NCBI GenBank assembly: GCA_003645615.1
Contig: QNBE01000001.1
Span: 1-46,831, forward strand
Direction: 5' to 3'
DNA: 46,831 nucleotides
Source: a candidate division WOR-3 bacterium
GTDB lineage: Bacteria > Hydrothermota > Tepidihabitantia > B36-G15
Within the stretch, counting starts at the first letter, position 1, and the number at the start of each line of letters is the position of its first letter. Positions 32,891 through 42,590 of the stretch are shown piece after piece. The position numbers and the translations under genes were made by a program. The notes under the pieces were generated by a model. It saw nothing but the letters and a program-made list of their open reading frames with translations, did not search any database and was not told the DNA's origin.

Positions 32891-33366
32891 TCGAATATCC
32901 TCCTTAAGATCTTCTCAAAGGGACGGGCGATGATCCTCGATGCCCCTTCTACATCCTGTGCCCGGACATCGATCCAGTGAATATAGAGATATTCACCATC
33001 GATATCGCAGGTCATCGTTCCCGGAGTCAGGGTGATCGAGTTGGCCAAGAAGACCTTGGCGGTATCGGTCTTTAAGATGGTTTTGATCTTGACGATCCCG
33101 GGATTGATCGGTCGGTCAGGATGGAGGACACGGAAGGCAACATCCAAATTGGCCCGGATCATGAACCAGATGAAATACGGGATATAGACCAGAAGCCAGA
33201 ACCACCGGTGGGGCTGGAGGAAACGAATCGGATGGCGGGTGAAATAGCCTCCATAGATGAGAGTGGTGAGTAGGGAGGCCAGGAGTCCGGCAATCACCGA
33301 AGACCAGTGGAGGGTGAGGGTCAAAAGGAGCCAGAGGCCAAAACCGAAGATGAAGAAGATCACCAT
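32887..33366 (-). CDS. mrpE: Monovalent cation/H+ antiporter subunit E (MrpE/MnhE)
   Basis: 159 aa with two N-terminal TM segments and a soluble C-domain. Its position between mrpD and mrpF fits, as does the motif ANSITLTPGT. Confidence 0.7.
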   Translation of the reverse strand: MVIFFIFGFGLWLLLTLTLHWSSVIAGLLASLLTTLIYGGYFTRHPIRFLQPHRWFWLLVYIPYFIWFMIRANLDVAFRVLHPDRPINPGIVKIKTILKTDTAKVFLANSITLTPGTMTCDIDGEYLYIHWIDVRAQDVEGASRIIARPFEKILRRIFE

Positions 33367-34854
33367 CTATCCCCCCAGGATGGCACGACCATAACCGGTC
33401 CCATTCAAAAGGACCTTGGTGGCGGGAATGATCAGGCTATTGAGGAGACCCTGGAACCCGAATCCGAAGAGGATCATGAGGATTACTAAGAAGAGCATCG
33501 ACAATCTCATTGAGAATGGGGTCTCCGGTGTTGAGACCTCCTTGGTGGTGAAGTAGACCTTCCTGATGATCTTCAGGAGATAGGCGAGGGTGAATACCGA
33601 GAGGATCGCAAGGAGGATGGCAAGCCAGTAGAGCTTTGCCTGGCAGGCACCGATGATGATGAAGAGTTTGGGGAAGAAACCGACCAGAGGGGGGAGGCCG
33701 GAGAGGGACAATGTCGCCAGACGATAGGACCAGGCGGTTATCCCCATCGTCTTACCAAGACCGGCCAGCTCTTCAAGATCCCGCTTACCAGTCGCATATA
33801 CTACCGCTCCCGAAGTTAAGAACAGGAGGGACTTGGTAATGGCATGGGCGAGGATGTGGAAGAGACCACCGGCGATGGCCCAGAAATTTCCGATCCCAAT
33901 TCCAACCATGATGAATCCAATCTGGGCGATGGTGGAGTAGGCCAGAAGCCGTTTATAATCTCTCTGGCGGGAGGCAATAATGCCACCGAAGAAGACCGAG
34001 ACGAGCCCTAAGAAGATGAGGATATGGAAGAAGATTGGACTGTTCTGAGGGGTTAGTCCAAAGACATTAAAGCTGAGACGGATGAGGGCATAGACCCCGA
34101 GGACCTTGACAAAGATTCCGGAAAGGATTGCCGAAACCGGGGCCGGGGCCGATGGGTGGGCGTCAGGGAGCCAGGAGTGGAAGGGGAAGAGGGCAGATTT
34201 GATCGCAAAGGAGAAGAGGAGGATGGCGGCAACAAACCAGAAGAGCTGATCCCTTCCGGCTACGGAGAGGGTATTGGCGAGATCGGCCATATTGAGGGTC
34301 GAGGCCCGGCCATAGAGAAGGGCGATGGCGAAGAGGAGGAAGAGGGAGGCGATCTCACCCATCACCATATATTTGAATGCCGCTTCCAGCTCCTCCTTCT
34401 CAATCCCGAAGGCAACCAAGGCATAGGAAGAGATGGAGGCGATCTCGACAAAGACAAAGAGATTGAATATGTCACCGGTGATCGCTACCCCCATCATCCC
34501 GGCGGTGATGAGCATAAATAGGGTATAGAATTTGACCCGACCGGTGAAGTGTTCCAGGTAGCGAATCGAGAATATCGAAGCGGCGAAGACGACAATCGCA
34601 ATTGAGATCACAATGAGTGCGGAGAGATGGTCATAGACCATCGTGATGCCAAGCGGGGGCGGCCAGCCTCCCATCTTGTAGATGATTACCTCACCCTCCT
34701 CAAAGAGATTGAGACTGTAGAAGGATAAGAAGAGGAGGATGGTGGTGATACTGTTGGCGATGAGATCAGAGAATCCCCTCCAGATCTTACTCAGGATCGG
34801 AATGAGGAAGGCACCGGCAAGGGGCAGGGCAAAGAAGAGCGGTAAGAGATTCAT
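33367..34854 (-). CDS. mrpD: MrpD/NuoN-type antiporter-like subunit (proton-conducting membrane transporter)
   Basis: 495 aa polytopic protein with Proton_antipo_M-like motifs (FPFHSWLPDAHPSAPAPVSA, LLAYSTIAQIG). Confidence 0.8.
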   Translation of the reverse strand: MNLLPLFFALPLAGAFLIPILSKIWRGFSDLIANSITTILLFLSFYSLNLFEEGEVIIYKMGGWPPPLGITMVYDHLSALIVISIAIVVFAASIFSIRYLEHFTGRVKFYTLFMLITAGMMGVAITGDIFNLFVFVEIASISSYALVAFGIEKEELEAAFKYMVMGEIASLFLLFAIALLYGRASTLNMADLANTLSVAGRDQLFWFVAAILLFSFAIKSALFPFHSWLPDAHPSAPAPVSAILSGIFVKVLGVYALIRLSFNVFGLTPQNSPIFFHILIFLGLVSVFFGGIIASRQRDYKRLLAYSTIAQIGFIMVGIGIGNFWAIAGGLFHILAHAITKSLLFLTSGAVVYATGKRDLEELAGLGKTMGITAWSYRLATLSLSGLPPLVGFFPKLFIIIGACQAKLYWLAILLAILSVFTLAYLLKIIRKVYFTTKEVSTPETPFSMRLSMLFLVILMILFGFGFQGLLNSLIIPATKVLLNGTGYGRAILGG

Positions 34855-35192
34855 CCCTTCAGCTCCTTGATCTTGGTGATATCGAAGGTCTTATGTTTCT
34901 GATAGAGCTTGATCGCGAAGGAGAGCATAAGTGCTGTGGTCGCAAGACCGATGACAATTGCGGTGAGGACTAATGCCTGAGGGATGGGATCGACAAAATT
35001 CTTGGGACCATCAACCTGGGTGATGATTGGGGCAAGGGCACCCTTCTTAAAACCAACCAGAGCGAAGAAGAAGTTGATCGCATACTCTAAGATGGCAAAA
35101 CCGATTATGATCCTGATGAGATTGGTCTTGGTGACGATGGCGTAAAGACCGATGATGATCAGGATGAGAGTGGTGATGAAGAAGAACATCAC
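34851..35192 (-). CDS. mrpC: MrpC/NuoK-like subunit
   Basis: 113 aa with three TM segments. LTAIVIGLATTAL is typical of MnhC/NuoK. Confidence 0.75.
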   Translation of the reverse strand: MMFFFITTLILIIIGLYAIVTKTNLIRIIIGFAILEYAINFFFALVGFKKGALAPIITQVDGPKNFVDPIPQALVLTAIVIGLATTALMLSFAIKLYQKHKTFDITKIKELKG

Positions 35193-35617
35193 TCCTCCAG
35201 GAAATACTTGGTTGCGGCCAAGGCTAAGAAGATTGAAAAGAGTCCAGCACCAACTTTGATCGATATCGCAATGTTGGAGAGCGGGATCGTTCCGGCGGAA
35301 AGGAGTTTGAGCGGCAGCCCCTGAGGTAGGAAGTTCAAGAAGAATAGGCTCCCCAGGAAGAGGCCAAAGAAGGCAATTCCGATGAAGAAGAGGGCACCGA
35401 TACTTTCGAAGATCGAGGCGATAAAGAACCTCTTCTTTTCACCCGATTCATCGGTCCCATAGGCCAGGACAAAGAGGACAAAGCTGCCCGCGATGATCAC
35501 CCCTCCGGCAAATCCTCCACCCGGAGTCAGATGGCCGTGGAGAACGATATAGATCCCGTAGAGGAAGATAAAACCCCCGATAATCGATGCGATCTTCCGG
35601 ACGATGAGACTCACCAC
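35189..35617 (-). CDS. mrpB: MrpB/MnhB-domain subunit
   Basis: 142 aa with four TM segments. The HLTPGGGFAGGVI motif is characteristic of the MnhB domain. Confidence 0.75.
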   Translation of the reverse strand: MVSLIVRKIASIIGGFIFLYGIYIVLHGHLTPGGGFAGGVIIAGSFVLFVLAYGTDESGEKKRFFIASIFESIGALFFIGIAFFGLFLGSLFFLNFLPQGLPLKLLSAGTIPLSNIAISIKVGAGLFSIFLALAATKYFLEE

Positions 35618-36135
35618 TTCCTCCCCAGCTTGCGCATCACGGTCAGGACCCCAATTACTGCGGTGAAAAGAACCGTTGCCTCACCAAGGGTATCGAGGGC
35701 CCGGTAATCGAGAATCACAGCTGCAACCAGATTGGCAGCACCGGTTCCGGGGATACCCATCCGGATATACTCAGAAGCAACCTTCATGATCGGGACCCCA
35801 AACTGAGGGAGGAGAAGGAGGGCCCTCACCCCGAGGATGAAGAAGACGATGGCGAAGATGGCGTAAGCCAGGACCGGTAGGGTGAGGGGTGTCCGATCGA
35901 GCGTCTCATCAACATGGGTAGTCTTTAGGATTACTGCGACCATAAATACCAAGGCCAGCACCTCGACAACGATCTGGACGATGGCTAAGTCCGGGGCCAT
36001 GAGCAAGACGAAGCCGATCGCCACCCCCATCCCCACTGCACCCAAGGAGATGATGGCGGCGAGGAGGTCCTTGATCTCGATTGCGATGATCGCAGTTATG
36101 ATCATGAATAGGGCGATGATGCCAAGGATGAACAT
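35611..36135 (-). CDS. DUF4040 / MrpA C-terminal-domain-like (MbhD/E-like) membrane subunit
   Basis: 174 aa polytopic protein. The YRALDTLGEATVLFTA motif is typical of the MrpA C-terminal / MbhE region. Confidence 0.65.
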   Translation of the reverse strand: MFILGIIALFMIITAIIAIEIKDLLAAIISLGAVGMGVAIGFVLLMAPDLAIVQIVVEVLALVFMVAVILKTTHVDETLDRTPLTLPVLAYAIFAIVFFILGVRALLLLPQFGVPIMKVASEYIRMGIPGTGAANLVAAVILDYRALDTLGEATVLFTAVIGVLTVMRKLGRKW

Positions 36136-36141
36136 GCTACC

Positions 36142-38016
36142 TCACCAGAGAAACAGGAAAAGGAAGAAGAGGCCCAAGAGGAGCCAGCTGAGATAGTTGG
36201 GCAGGATACCACTATGGGCCTCAGAGCCGACACCACCGGCAATCCGATAGATGGCGGCAATAACCTCGTAGAACTTCTGGATAAGGAATTCAATCACCTT
36301 ACCGGCCACAATACCAAGGCTGGTAAAGATTCCCACCAGATAATTGTAGAAATCGAATGCACCGCCCTTTCCAAAGGTGTAGATCTTCTCCAGCATATAG
36401 ATCTGAGGGAGTGAGGAGTAGAAATGGGTACCGGGGATTCGCCCCTCCTCACTATCGATCTCCTCACCACCGATAAAGATCTTCGACTCCTTGGCCCGTA
36501 GTGCGGTCCCGAATAGATAGATGAGGAGACCGATTAGTAGGCCGATCAGGAGCAGAATAGTAGCGAGGACTGGTTGCCAGAAGCCGAGGGCTTCGATTCG
36601 GGTGGGGAGGATTGGCTGGATGATCCGGGCGATCGGCACCGAATAGGCAAAGACACCAAAGACGATCGCCCCAACGGCCAGAAGTAGTGGCGGGAACCAT
36701 CCATTGACCGTGGCCTCCTGGATCCGATCAAGATCGAGATCCTTGGGTGGTTCTGAGAGGAAGGTTGCATAGAGTAGTTTGAGGATATAGGCGAGAGTGA
36801 GGACGCTCCCAAACATCGCTGCAATGAGGAAGGCGGGCCAGAGCCAGTGTGATCTCGACTGGATGATCGCCTGATAGATCATCCATTTCGAGCAGAAGCC
36901 AGAAAGCGGTGGCACCCCGGCGAGGGCAAGACCAGAGATGAGGAAAGAGAAGAAGGTGATGGGCATTACCTTAGCCAGGCCTCCGAGATCCTCCAAGTTT
37001 GATCGACCGGTTGCCGCCTCAACCGACCCCAAGGTGAAGAAGAGGCCGGTCTTGTAGATGATATTATTGAACATGTGGAAGAGGGCGCCAGCGATCCCGA
37101 TCGGATGGAGCGTCCCCAGACCAACAATGATGTAACCCGCCTGACCGATTGTCGAATAGGCGAGAGTCCTCATTCCGTTGGGTTGGATCAGGGCCATGAA
37201 GACGCCGATTACGATCGTGATCGAACCGATGATCATAATCAGTAGCGCAATTGAAGGGCTGGGAATGAAGATCCTGGTGAGGAGTCTGATCAGGAGATAG
37301 GTGCCCAGGATCTTATCCAGGACCGAAGGGAGGAAGGCCATCGTGGCTGGAGGAACGACATCGGCCGATTTCGGTATCCAGGTGTGGAAGGGGAAACCAC
37401 CGATCTTGCCCACCCCTCCGGCCAGAATGAGGATGAATCCGGCGATGGCGATCGGTGAGGTGAGGGGCTTGGGGAAAGGCGGGGTGAGGGAACCGATCCC
37501 GATCGTGGTGAGGAGGAGAACGATCCCGAGCAGCATGGCGAAGTCGGAGGCACCGAGGAGGAAGAGGGCCTTCTGGGCCGCGGCCGAGGGATCACGACCC
37601 TCCTTTCCAACCAGAAGCAGGCCGAAGACAATGGCGAGGAGGAAGCCCCAGAAGAAGAGGAAGAGGATGAGATCGCTGGAAAGGAGGGCACCAAGGCTTA
37701 TCCCCAAGGCGATCGGGATATAGACGAAAAAGCGATCACGGATCTTCTGATTGATTGCATAGAGGACAACCAAGAAGGTGAGGACGGAGGTGGCGATGGA
37801 TAGTGTTACACTCAAAAGATCGAGTTGGAAGATAATCGGGACCGGTGGGGTGAGACGGATGGTGAAGGAACCAGGAAGAAGGCCTAAGAGTTGGATAGAA
37901 TAGTAGGTTGAGATAGCCGAACTGATGAGGGCAAGCCACCTCGATATCCTCTTGATCACCATCCCGATCAGACCGAAGACGATCGGGGTGAGGATGAGAT
38001 CGGTAATCAGAGCCAT
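36142..38016 (-). CDS. NuoL/MrpA/HycC-type antiporter-like subunit
   Basis: 624 aa polytopic protein with Proton_antipo_M core motifs (FPFHTWIPKSADVVPPATMA, LAYSTIGQAGYI) and a long C-terminal extension. Confidence 0.75.
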   Translation of the reverse strand: MALITDLILTPIVFGLIGMVIKRISRWLALISSAISTYYSIQLLGLLPGSFTIRLTPPVPIIFQLDLLSVTLSIATSVLTFLVVLYAINQKIRDRFFVYIPIALGISLGALLSSDLILFLFFWGFLLAIVFGLLLVGKEGRDPSAAAQKALFLLGASDFAMLLGIVLLLTTIGIGSLTPPFPKPLTSPIAIAGFILILAGGVGKIGGFPFHTWIPKSADVVPPATMAFLPSVLDKILGTYLLIRLLTRIFIPSPSIALLIMIIGSITIVIGVFMALIQPNGMRTLAYSTIGQAGYIIVGLGTLHPIGIAGALFHMFNNIIYKTGLFFTLGSVEAATGRSNLEDLGGLAKVMPITFFSFLISGLALAGVPPLSGFCSKWMIYQAIIQSRSHWLWPAFLIAAMFGSVLTLAYILKLLYATFLSEPPKDLDLDRIQEATVNGWFPPLLLAVGAIVFGVFAYSVPIARIIQPILPTRIEALGFWQPVLATILLLIGLLIGLLIYLFGTALRAKESKIFIGGEEIDSEEGRIPGTHFYSSLPQIYMLEKIYTFGKGGAFDFYNYLVGIFTSLGIVAGKVIEFLIQKFYEVIAAIYRIAGGVGSEAHSGILPNYLSWLLLGLFFLFLFLW

Positions 38017-39227
38017 GACTTCATCACCCCTTCAATCCAGGGATTGGGTATGATAACAGCGATACCGGCCAGGATCGTTACCACCGCAAGGATAAGGACG
38101 AGAACGATCATCCCGCTCACCGGAGAAGGGCTCACCTCAAGGGTCGTCTTACCCTTAAAGATGCCGTTGTAGAGTCTCAGGAAGTAGAGGAGGGTGAAGA
38201 GGGCGCCACCGACCGTAAGTGCAGCCAGGACAAGATTGACCTTCAGGACACCGATGATGACATAGAGTTTGGCAAAGAAACCGATAAAGGGTGGAAGACC
38301 AACGACCGAGCCGGCGAGGAGGGCAAAACCCGGGCCCAGAGTAGGCATCACCGGTCCAAACCCGATCCCACCCAGCTCAACAGCCTTGGTCCGCTCCTCA
38401 ACGATACCAACCGCATAGAAGATGCCCGGTTTGGATAGGCTGTGACCAATGATATAGAGGAGACCACCAATAATCCCATAGGTCCCACCGGCGGCAAAAC
38501 CGATGAGAATGAAGCCGAGCTGAGAGATGGTGGAGTAGGCCAGGATGCGACGGATCCGATTCGTGACCAGAGCGGTCCCTCCACCAATAAGGATACTGCC
38601 GGCGGCAATAACCATGACGGTGAGATAGAAATTTTCCGGAAGTGAGAAGGTCTGGCGGAAGAGCCTCAGGAAGAGGATGAGGCCGAGATTCTCTGAGATC
38701 GATGCCAGCATTGCTGCCACCGGGATCGGGGCTGACTCATAGGCATAAGGGAGCCAGACATGGAGGGGAACGGTGGCTGATTTGGCCAGGATCCCGACCA
38801 GGATGAGATAGGCAGAGGCAGGTGGAAGGGAAAGCCCCTTCATCCGAGTGAGGTCAAAAGTGCCACTCTGGGTATAGATCAGTCCAAGTCCAACCAGCAT
38901 GATTACCGCGGCGAAGAAGTTGATCAGGAAGGTCCTTTCCGCATGTTCAATATCCTCATCCCTGCGATGGAAACCAACCAGTCGCCAGATGGCAAAGGTG
39001 TTGATCTCCCAGAGGGCGTAGAGGAGGATAAGATTTCGGGCATAGAGGAAGCTAATTCCGGATGCAGCCAGAAGAAGGAGGATTACATAGTATTCGGTCT
39101 TAAACCCAAACCTTCGGATTGATATCAGTGAATAGATGAGGGAGAAGAGGGTGATGAGGGAGAAGAGGCAGGTTAGGGTTAGGGCCAACCCATCAACCTC
39201 GAACGAGAGCCAGATCGGTCCACTCAT
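38007..39227 (-). CDS. NuoM/N-type antiporter-like subunit
   Basis: 406 aa. N-terminus FEVDGLALTL plus motifs VPLHVWLPYAYESAPIPVAA and LAYSTISQLG. Confidence 0.75.
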   Translation of the reverse strand: MSGPIWLSFEVDGLALTLTCLFSLITLFSLIYSLISIRRFGFKTEYYVILLLLAASGISFLYARNLILLYALWEINTFAIWRLVGFHRRDEDIEHAERTFLINFFAAVIMLVGLGLIYTQSGTFDLTRMKGLSLPPASAYLILVGILAKSATVPLHVWLPYAYESAPIPVAAMLASISENLGLILFLRLFRQTFSLPENFYLTVMVIAAGSILIGGGTALVTNRIRRILAYSTISQLGFILIGFAAGGTYGIIGGLLYIIGHSLSKPGIFYAVGIVEERTKAVELGGIGFGPVMPTLGPGFALLAGSVVGLPPFIGFFAKLYVIIGVLKVNLVLAALTVGGALFTLLYFLRLYNGIFKGKTTLEVSPSPVSGMIVLVLILAVVTILAGIAVIIPNPWIEGVMKSWL

Positions 39228-40399
39228 CGCCGATACCTCTCCCTCAGCATCCTGGTCTTGGCCCAGGATCTCTCAAGAAGCTCCTTGCCACCACCGATCA
39301 CTTTGCCATCCTGGATAATTACGGTCCGCTCGGTGCAGCAATAACAGGGATCGACCGCTGCCAGGACCAAAGCGGCATCGGCAATCGAATAGCCGACCAC
39401 CGCAACCTCATTGGAAGGGATATTATTATAGCTCGGGGCCCGGACCTTGTGGCGGACCGGGCTCTTACCGCCATCGGAGCGGACATAGTGGAATACTTCC
39501 CCCCGTGGTGCCTCATGGCGACCGATCCCTTCACCTCTCGGGATCTCATCGACCCTTACCTCAATCTCCCCCTCGGTCATCTTTTCCAAACAACCCCTGA
39601 TGATCTTGATCGACTCCAGACATTCTAAGAGCCTCACCTTGGCCTTGGCCAGAACATCGCCCTCATCAAAGACGATGATATCCCAGGGGACAAGGTCATA
39701 GGCAGCATAGGGGTCGTCCTTCCTCACATCGATCGCAACCCCGGAACCCCGGGCGGTTGGACCGACCACAGAATAGGCGATCGCCTGTTCTCTGGTAAGA
39801 ATCCCGACCCCTTCGAGCCGGGCCCGGATGACCGGATCATCCAGGATCGCATTGGTGAACATCAGGGTCTTCTCCTCCAGCTCATTCAGGACCCTCTCGA
39901 TCGCGGGATAATCCTCCTTTCTGATATCCCTCCTCACCCCACCGATCTTATTTATCGCATAGTGGTTCCGATTACCACAGATGAGTTCACACAGATCAAG
40001 GAGCGGCTCCCGATATCGCCAGACCCACATCCAGACCGTATTATATCCGATGAAGTGGCCGGCCAGTCCGACCCAGAGAAAATGGGAATGGATCCGCTCC
40101 AGTTCACCGACAATAGTCCTTATATACTTGGCCCGTTCCGGGATCTCGATCCCGGCCAGATCCTCGACCGCATTGACATAGGCGAAGGGATGGGAATCGG
40201 AGCAGATTCCACAGATCCGCTCGACCAAGAAGGTTACCTGATCGAAGGTCTTGCGCTGAGAGATGAACTCATGGCCACGGTGGTTATAGCCGATATTGAT
40301 CTCAAGACCGACGACCTTCTCCCCTTCTACAATCAGCTTGAAGAACTCCGGTTCTTCCTGGAGCGGGTGGTAAGGACCGATCGGAACGACCCTACGCAT
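39224..40399 (-). CDS. Group-4 [NiFe]-hydrogenase large subunit (HycE/MbhL/NuoD-like)
   Basis: Both Ni-Fe ligand motifs are intact: RICGICSDSH near the N-terminus and DPCYCCTER near the C-terminus. A 33-aa tail follows (TVIIQDGKVIGGGKELLERS...), resembling the cleaved HycE extension. Confidence 0.85.
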   Translation of the reverse strand: MRRVVPIGPYHPLQEEPEFFKLIVEGEKVVGLEINIGYNHRGHEFISQRKTFDQVTFLVERICGICSDSHPFAYVNAVEDLAGIEIPERAKYIRTIVGELERIHSHFLWVGLAGHFIGYNTVWMWVWRYREPLLDLCELICGNRNHYAINKIGGVRRDIRKEDYPAIERVLNELEEKTLMFTNAILDDPVIRARLEGVGILTREQAIAYSVVGPTARGSGVAIDVRKDDPYAAYDLVPWDIIVFDEGDVLAKAKVRLLECLESIKIIRGCLEKMTEGEIEVRVDEIPRGEGIGRHEAPRGEVFHYVRSDGGKSPVRHKVRAPSYNNIPSNEVAVVGYSIADAALVLAAVDPCYCCTERTVIIQDGKVIGGGKELLERSWAKTRMLRERYRR

Positions 40400-40808
40400 A
40401 ATCCCTCCGGAGCGGATATTTCCCTCTGGGCCAGTCCTCAGCGGTAAGGAGGGGTCTGGGATCGGGATGGTTCTTGAACTCGATCCCTAAAAGCTCCATG
40501 ATCTCCCGCTCGATCCACTTAAAGGCGGGATACCACTGACCCAAAGACTCCTGCCAGGGTTCATCCTTGGGAATCTTCGCCTTTACCGTGTAGATGATCC
40601 CGGTCTCATCCTCGGAGAAGTGGTAGAGGATCTCGAAGCACTCCCGGGTATCGATACCGGTTGCGGTCGAGAATCTCAAACCCTTCTCCTCAAAGAGATA
40701 ACGGCAGAGAGGGATTGAGGTCTCGCGACCTACGGTCAAGTAGATTCGTTTATCATTATGGATCTTCACCTCTGCCTCGGGGAACTTCATCTTGATCTCC
40801 TCGATCAT
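40392..40808 (-). CDS. NuoC/MbhK-like hydrogenase subunit
   Basis: 138 aa. It sits between the NuoB-like and large subunits, and the motif WIEREIMELLGIEFKNHPD is typical of NuoC/HycE-N. Confidence 0.75.
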   Translation of the reverse strand: MIEEIKMKFPEAEVKIHNDKRIYLTVGRETSIPLCRYLFEEKGLRFSTATGIDTRECFEILYHFSEDETGIIYTVKAKIPKDEPWQESLGQWYPAFKWIEREIMELLGIEFKNHPDPRPLLTAEDWPRGKYPLRRDYA

Positions 40809-41221
40809 AGGTTCTTCAGGGCCTTCACCACCCCGGCGATGATCGTCTCCGGTTTGGGCGGACAGCCGGGGATGTAGACATGGACCGGGAGGTGCTTATC
40901 ATAGGGACCGGTAACATTATAGGAGACGGAGAAGATATTGGGATGGCAGGCACAGGTTCCAACCGCAATCACCAAGCAGGGCTTTGGGGTCTGCTCATAG
41001 ACCCGGAGCACCCTGGGTAGATTCTTCCGGTTGAGGATTCCGGTAACGAGAAGGGCATCGGCATGTCTTGGAGATCCGACCAGGAGGATGCCGAACCTTT
41101 CCACATCAAATCTGGGGGTCAGGGCATCCAGGATCTCGATATCGCAGTTGTTACATGGTGCTGCGGCAACATGGAAGACCCATGGCGATTTTTTTAATCC
41201 CCAGAGTTTGATACCCATCAC
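40805..41221 (-). CDS. NuoB/HycG/MbhJ-like [NiFe]-hydrogenase small subunit
   Basis: Cysteine pattern CNNCDIE ... GTCAC ... IPGCPPKPE for the proximal [4Fe-4S] cluster. Confidence 0.85.
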   Translation of the reverse strand: MMGIKLWGLKKSPWVFHVAAAPCNNCDIEILDALTPRFDVERFGILLVGSPRHADALLVTGILNRKNLPRVLRVYEQTPKPCLVIAVGTCACHPNIFSVSYNVTGPYDKHLPVHVYIPGCPPKPETIIAGVVKALKNL

Positions 41222-42129
41222 AACCCCACCAATGCCAGGATCAGGCCGATAAGGGATAGAATACCGAGCCCGATCCAGAAGAACTTGAGGGCCTGATCGA
41301 TCCGGAGTCTGGGATTGGTATTCTTGATCAGGACGATAAGGACAACGATCACCAAGAATTTAACAATGGACCAGGGGCTGGCCATACCACCCCAGAGGAT
41401 AGTAATCAGAAAGACCGGGAGGACAAAGAAGAGCATTGCCCTGGTCAGTTTGAAGATGGCGAGGGCGACACCGGAATACTCTAAGTAGGGGCCAGCCATA
41501 ATCTCCTGTTCCGCCTCTGGGATGTCGAAGGGGACGAAGGTGAGCTTGGCCTGAGTAACAATGAGGAAGACCAGACCGGCGATAACGCCGGAGAAGGAAT
41601 AGAGGAGAGGGCCATAGAGCTTCTGGTGGATGATGATCTCACCGATCTTCAAAGATCCGGTTTTGATCACAGCAATTGCAACGGCAATAAGGAAGGGAAG
41701 CTCGTAGCCGAAGAAGAGGGTCATCTCTCGTGAGGCACCGACACTACTGAGTGGATTCCGGGCCGATGCACCACCAATGATTACTGAAAGTGGTGGTAGT
41801 GCCAGGAGATAGATGATGACGATAATATCACCAACAAAAGATAGGTCGGGATGGAAGTTCATAAGGAAGAGCATGGTCGACACGACATTAACCCCGATAA
41901 GCCCTAAGAATGGGGCTAAGAGAAAGGCAACTTTCGATGCCCCCTTAGGTACGAAGGTCTCCTTTAATAAGAGCTTGATAAAATCGGCATAGGGTTGATA
42001 GATCGGAGGTCCGACCCGCCACTGGATCCGGGCGGTCACCTTCCGATCGATCCAGGTGAGGAAGAGGCCGATGCCACCGGTGAAGAGAAGGCCGGGATAG
42101 ATTACGAAGTTGATGATCGCCTTTATCAT
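41218..42129 (-). CDS. NuoH/HycD/MbhM-like membrane subunit
   Basis: 303 aa polytopic protein with NuoH-type motifs DRKVTARIQWRVGP and FDIPEAEQEI. Confidence 0.8.
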   Translation of the reverse strand: MIKAIINFVIYPGLLFTGGIGLFLTWIDRKVTARIQWRVGPPIYQPYADFIKLLLKETFVPKGASKVAFLLAPFLGLIGVNVVSTMLFLMNFHPDLSFVGDIIVIIYLLALPPLSVIIGGASARNPLSSVGASREMTLFFGYELPFLIAVAIAVIKTGSLKIGEIIIHQKLYGPLLYSFSGVIAGLVFLIVTQAKLTFVPFDIPEAEQEIMAGPYLEYSGVALAIFKLTRAMLFFVLPVFLITILWGGMASPWSIVKFLVIVVLIVLIKNTNPRLRIDQALKFFWIGLGILSLIGLILALVGL

Positions 42130-42590
42130 CGGGTCCTCCGGAAGAAGGGGGATCGGGAGGAGATCATGATCCCGGTCTCAACCTTTTCAAGTTCATCCCT
42201 GGTGATGAACCTCAAAGCACCGGTGGGACAGGCACTGACACAGCGGGGACCGGTCTCAAGATCGGGACAGTAGTTGCATTTCTGGGCAACATGAAAGGAG
42301 AGGGGTGGTGGCATCACCCCGAAGGGACAGGCGATGACACAGGAGAGGCAGCCGACACAGTGGAAGAGAGCCCGCTCAATCCGACCATCCCCCTTCCGCT
42401 CCAGGGCCTCGGTCGGACAGGCGTTGAGACAGAGCGCATTCTCGCACTGACGACAGGCGGCCGGTAGGGCAACTTCGGGTTCCAGCTCAGCGATGTTGAT
42501 TCGGAACTCACCGAAATGGGCATAACAGGCAGCACTGCAGGAGTGGCAGCCGATACACCGGTCGAGATCTAAGTAGATCTTCCTCTCCAT
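42126..42590 (-). CDS. HycB/HydN-like poly-ferredoxin (multiple [4Fe-4S] clusters)
   Basis: Four Cys groups: CIGCHSCSAAC, CRQCENALCLNACP, CVGCLSCVIACP and CNYCPD...CVSACP. Confidence 0.8.
   Translation of the reverse strand: MERKIYLDLDRCIGCHSCSAACYAHFGEFRINIAELEPEVALPAACRQCENALCLNACPTEALERKGDGRIERALFHCVGCLSCVIACPFGVMPPPLSFHVAQKCNYCPDLETGPRCVSACPTGALRFITRDELEKVETGIMISSRSPFFRRTR

Noticed and set aside
39776-39790. Cyanobacterial-type HIP1 (GCGATCGC) as the source of the GATC excess
   Set aside because: I found only isolated full octamers. The excess is in the GATC tetramer, partly in CGATCG, in many different flanking contexts.
39224-40399. Large subunit as a non-hydrogenase relative (complex I NuoD or Mbs/Mbx-type sulfane reductase)
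   Set aside because: Both CxxC Ni-Fe ligand pairs (RICGIC, DPCYCC) are intact, and a dedicated HycI-like protease is encoded. NuoD and Mbx-type subunits have lost these cysteines.
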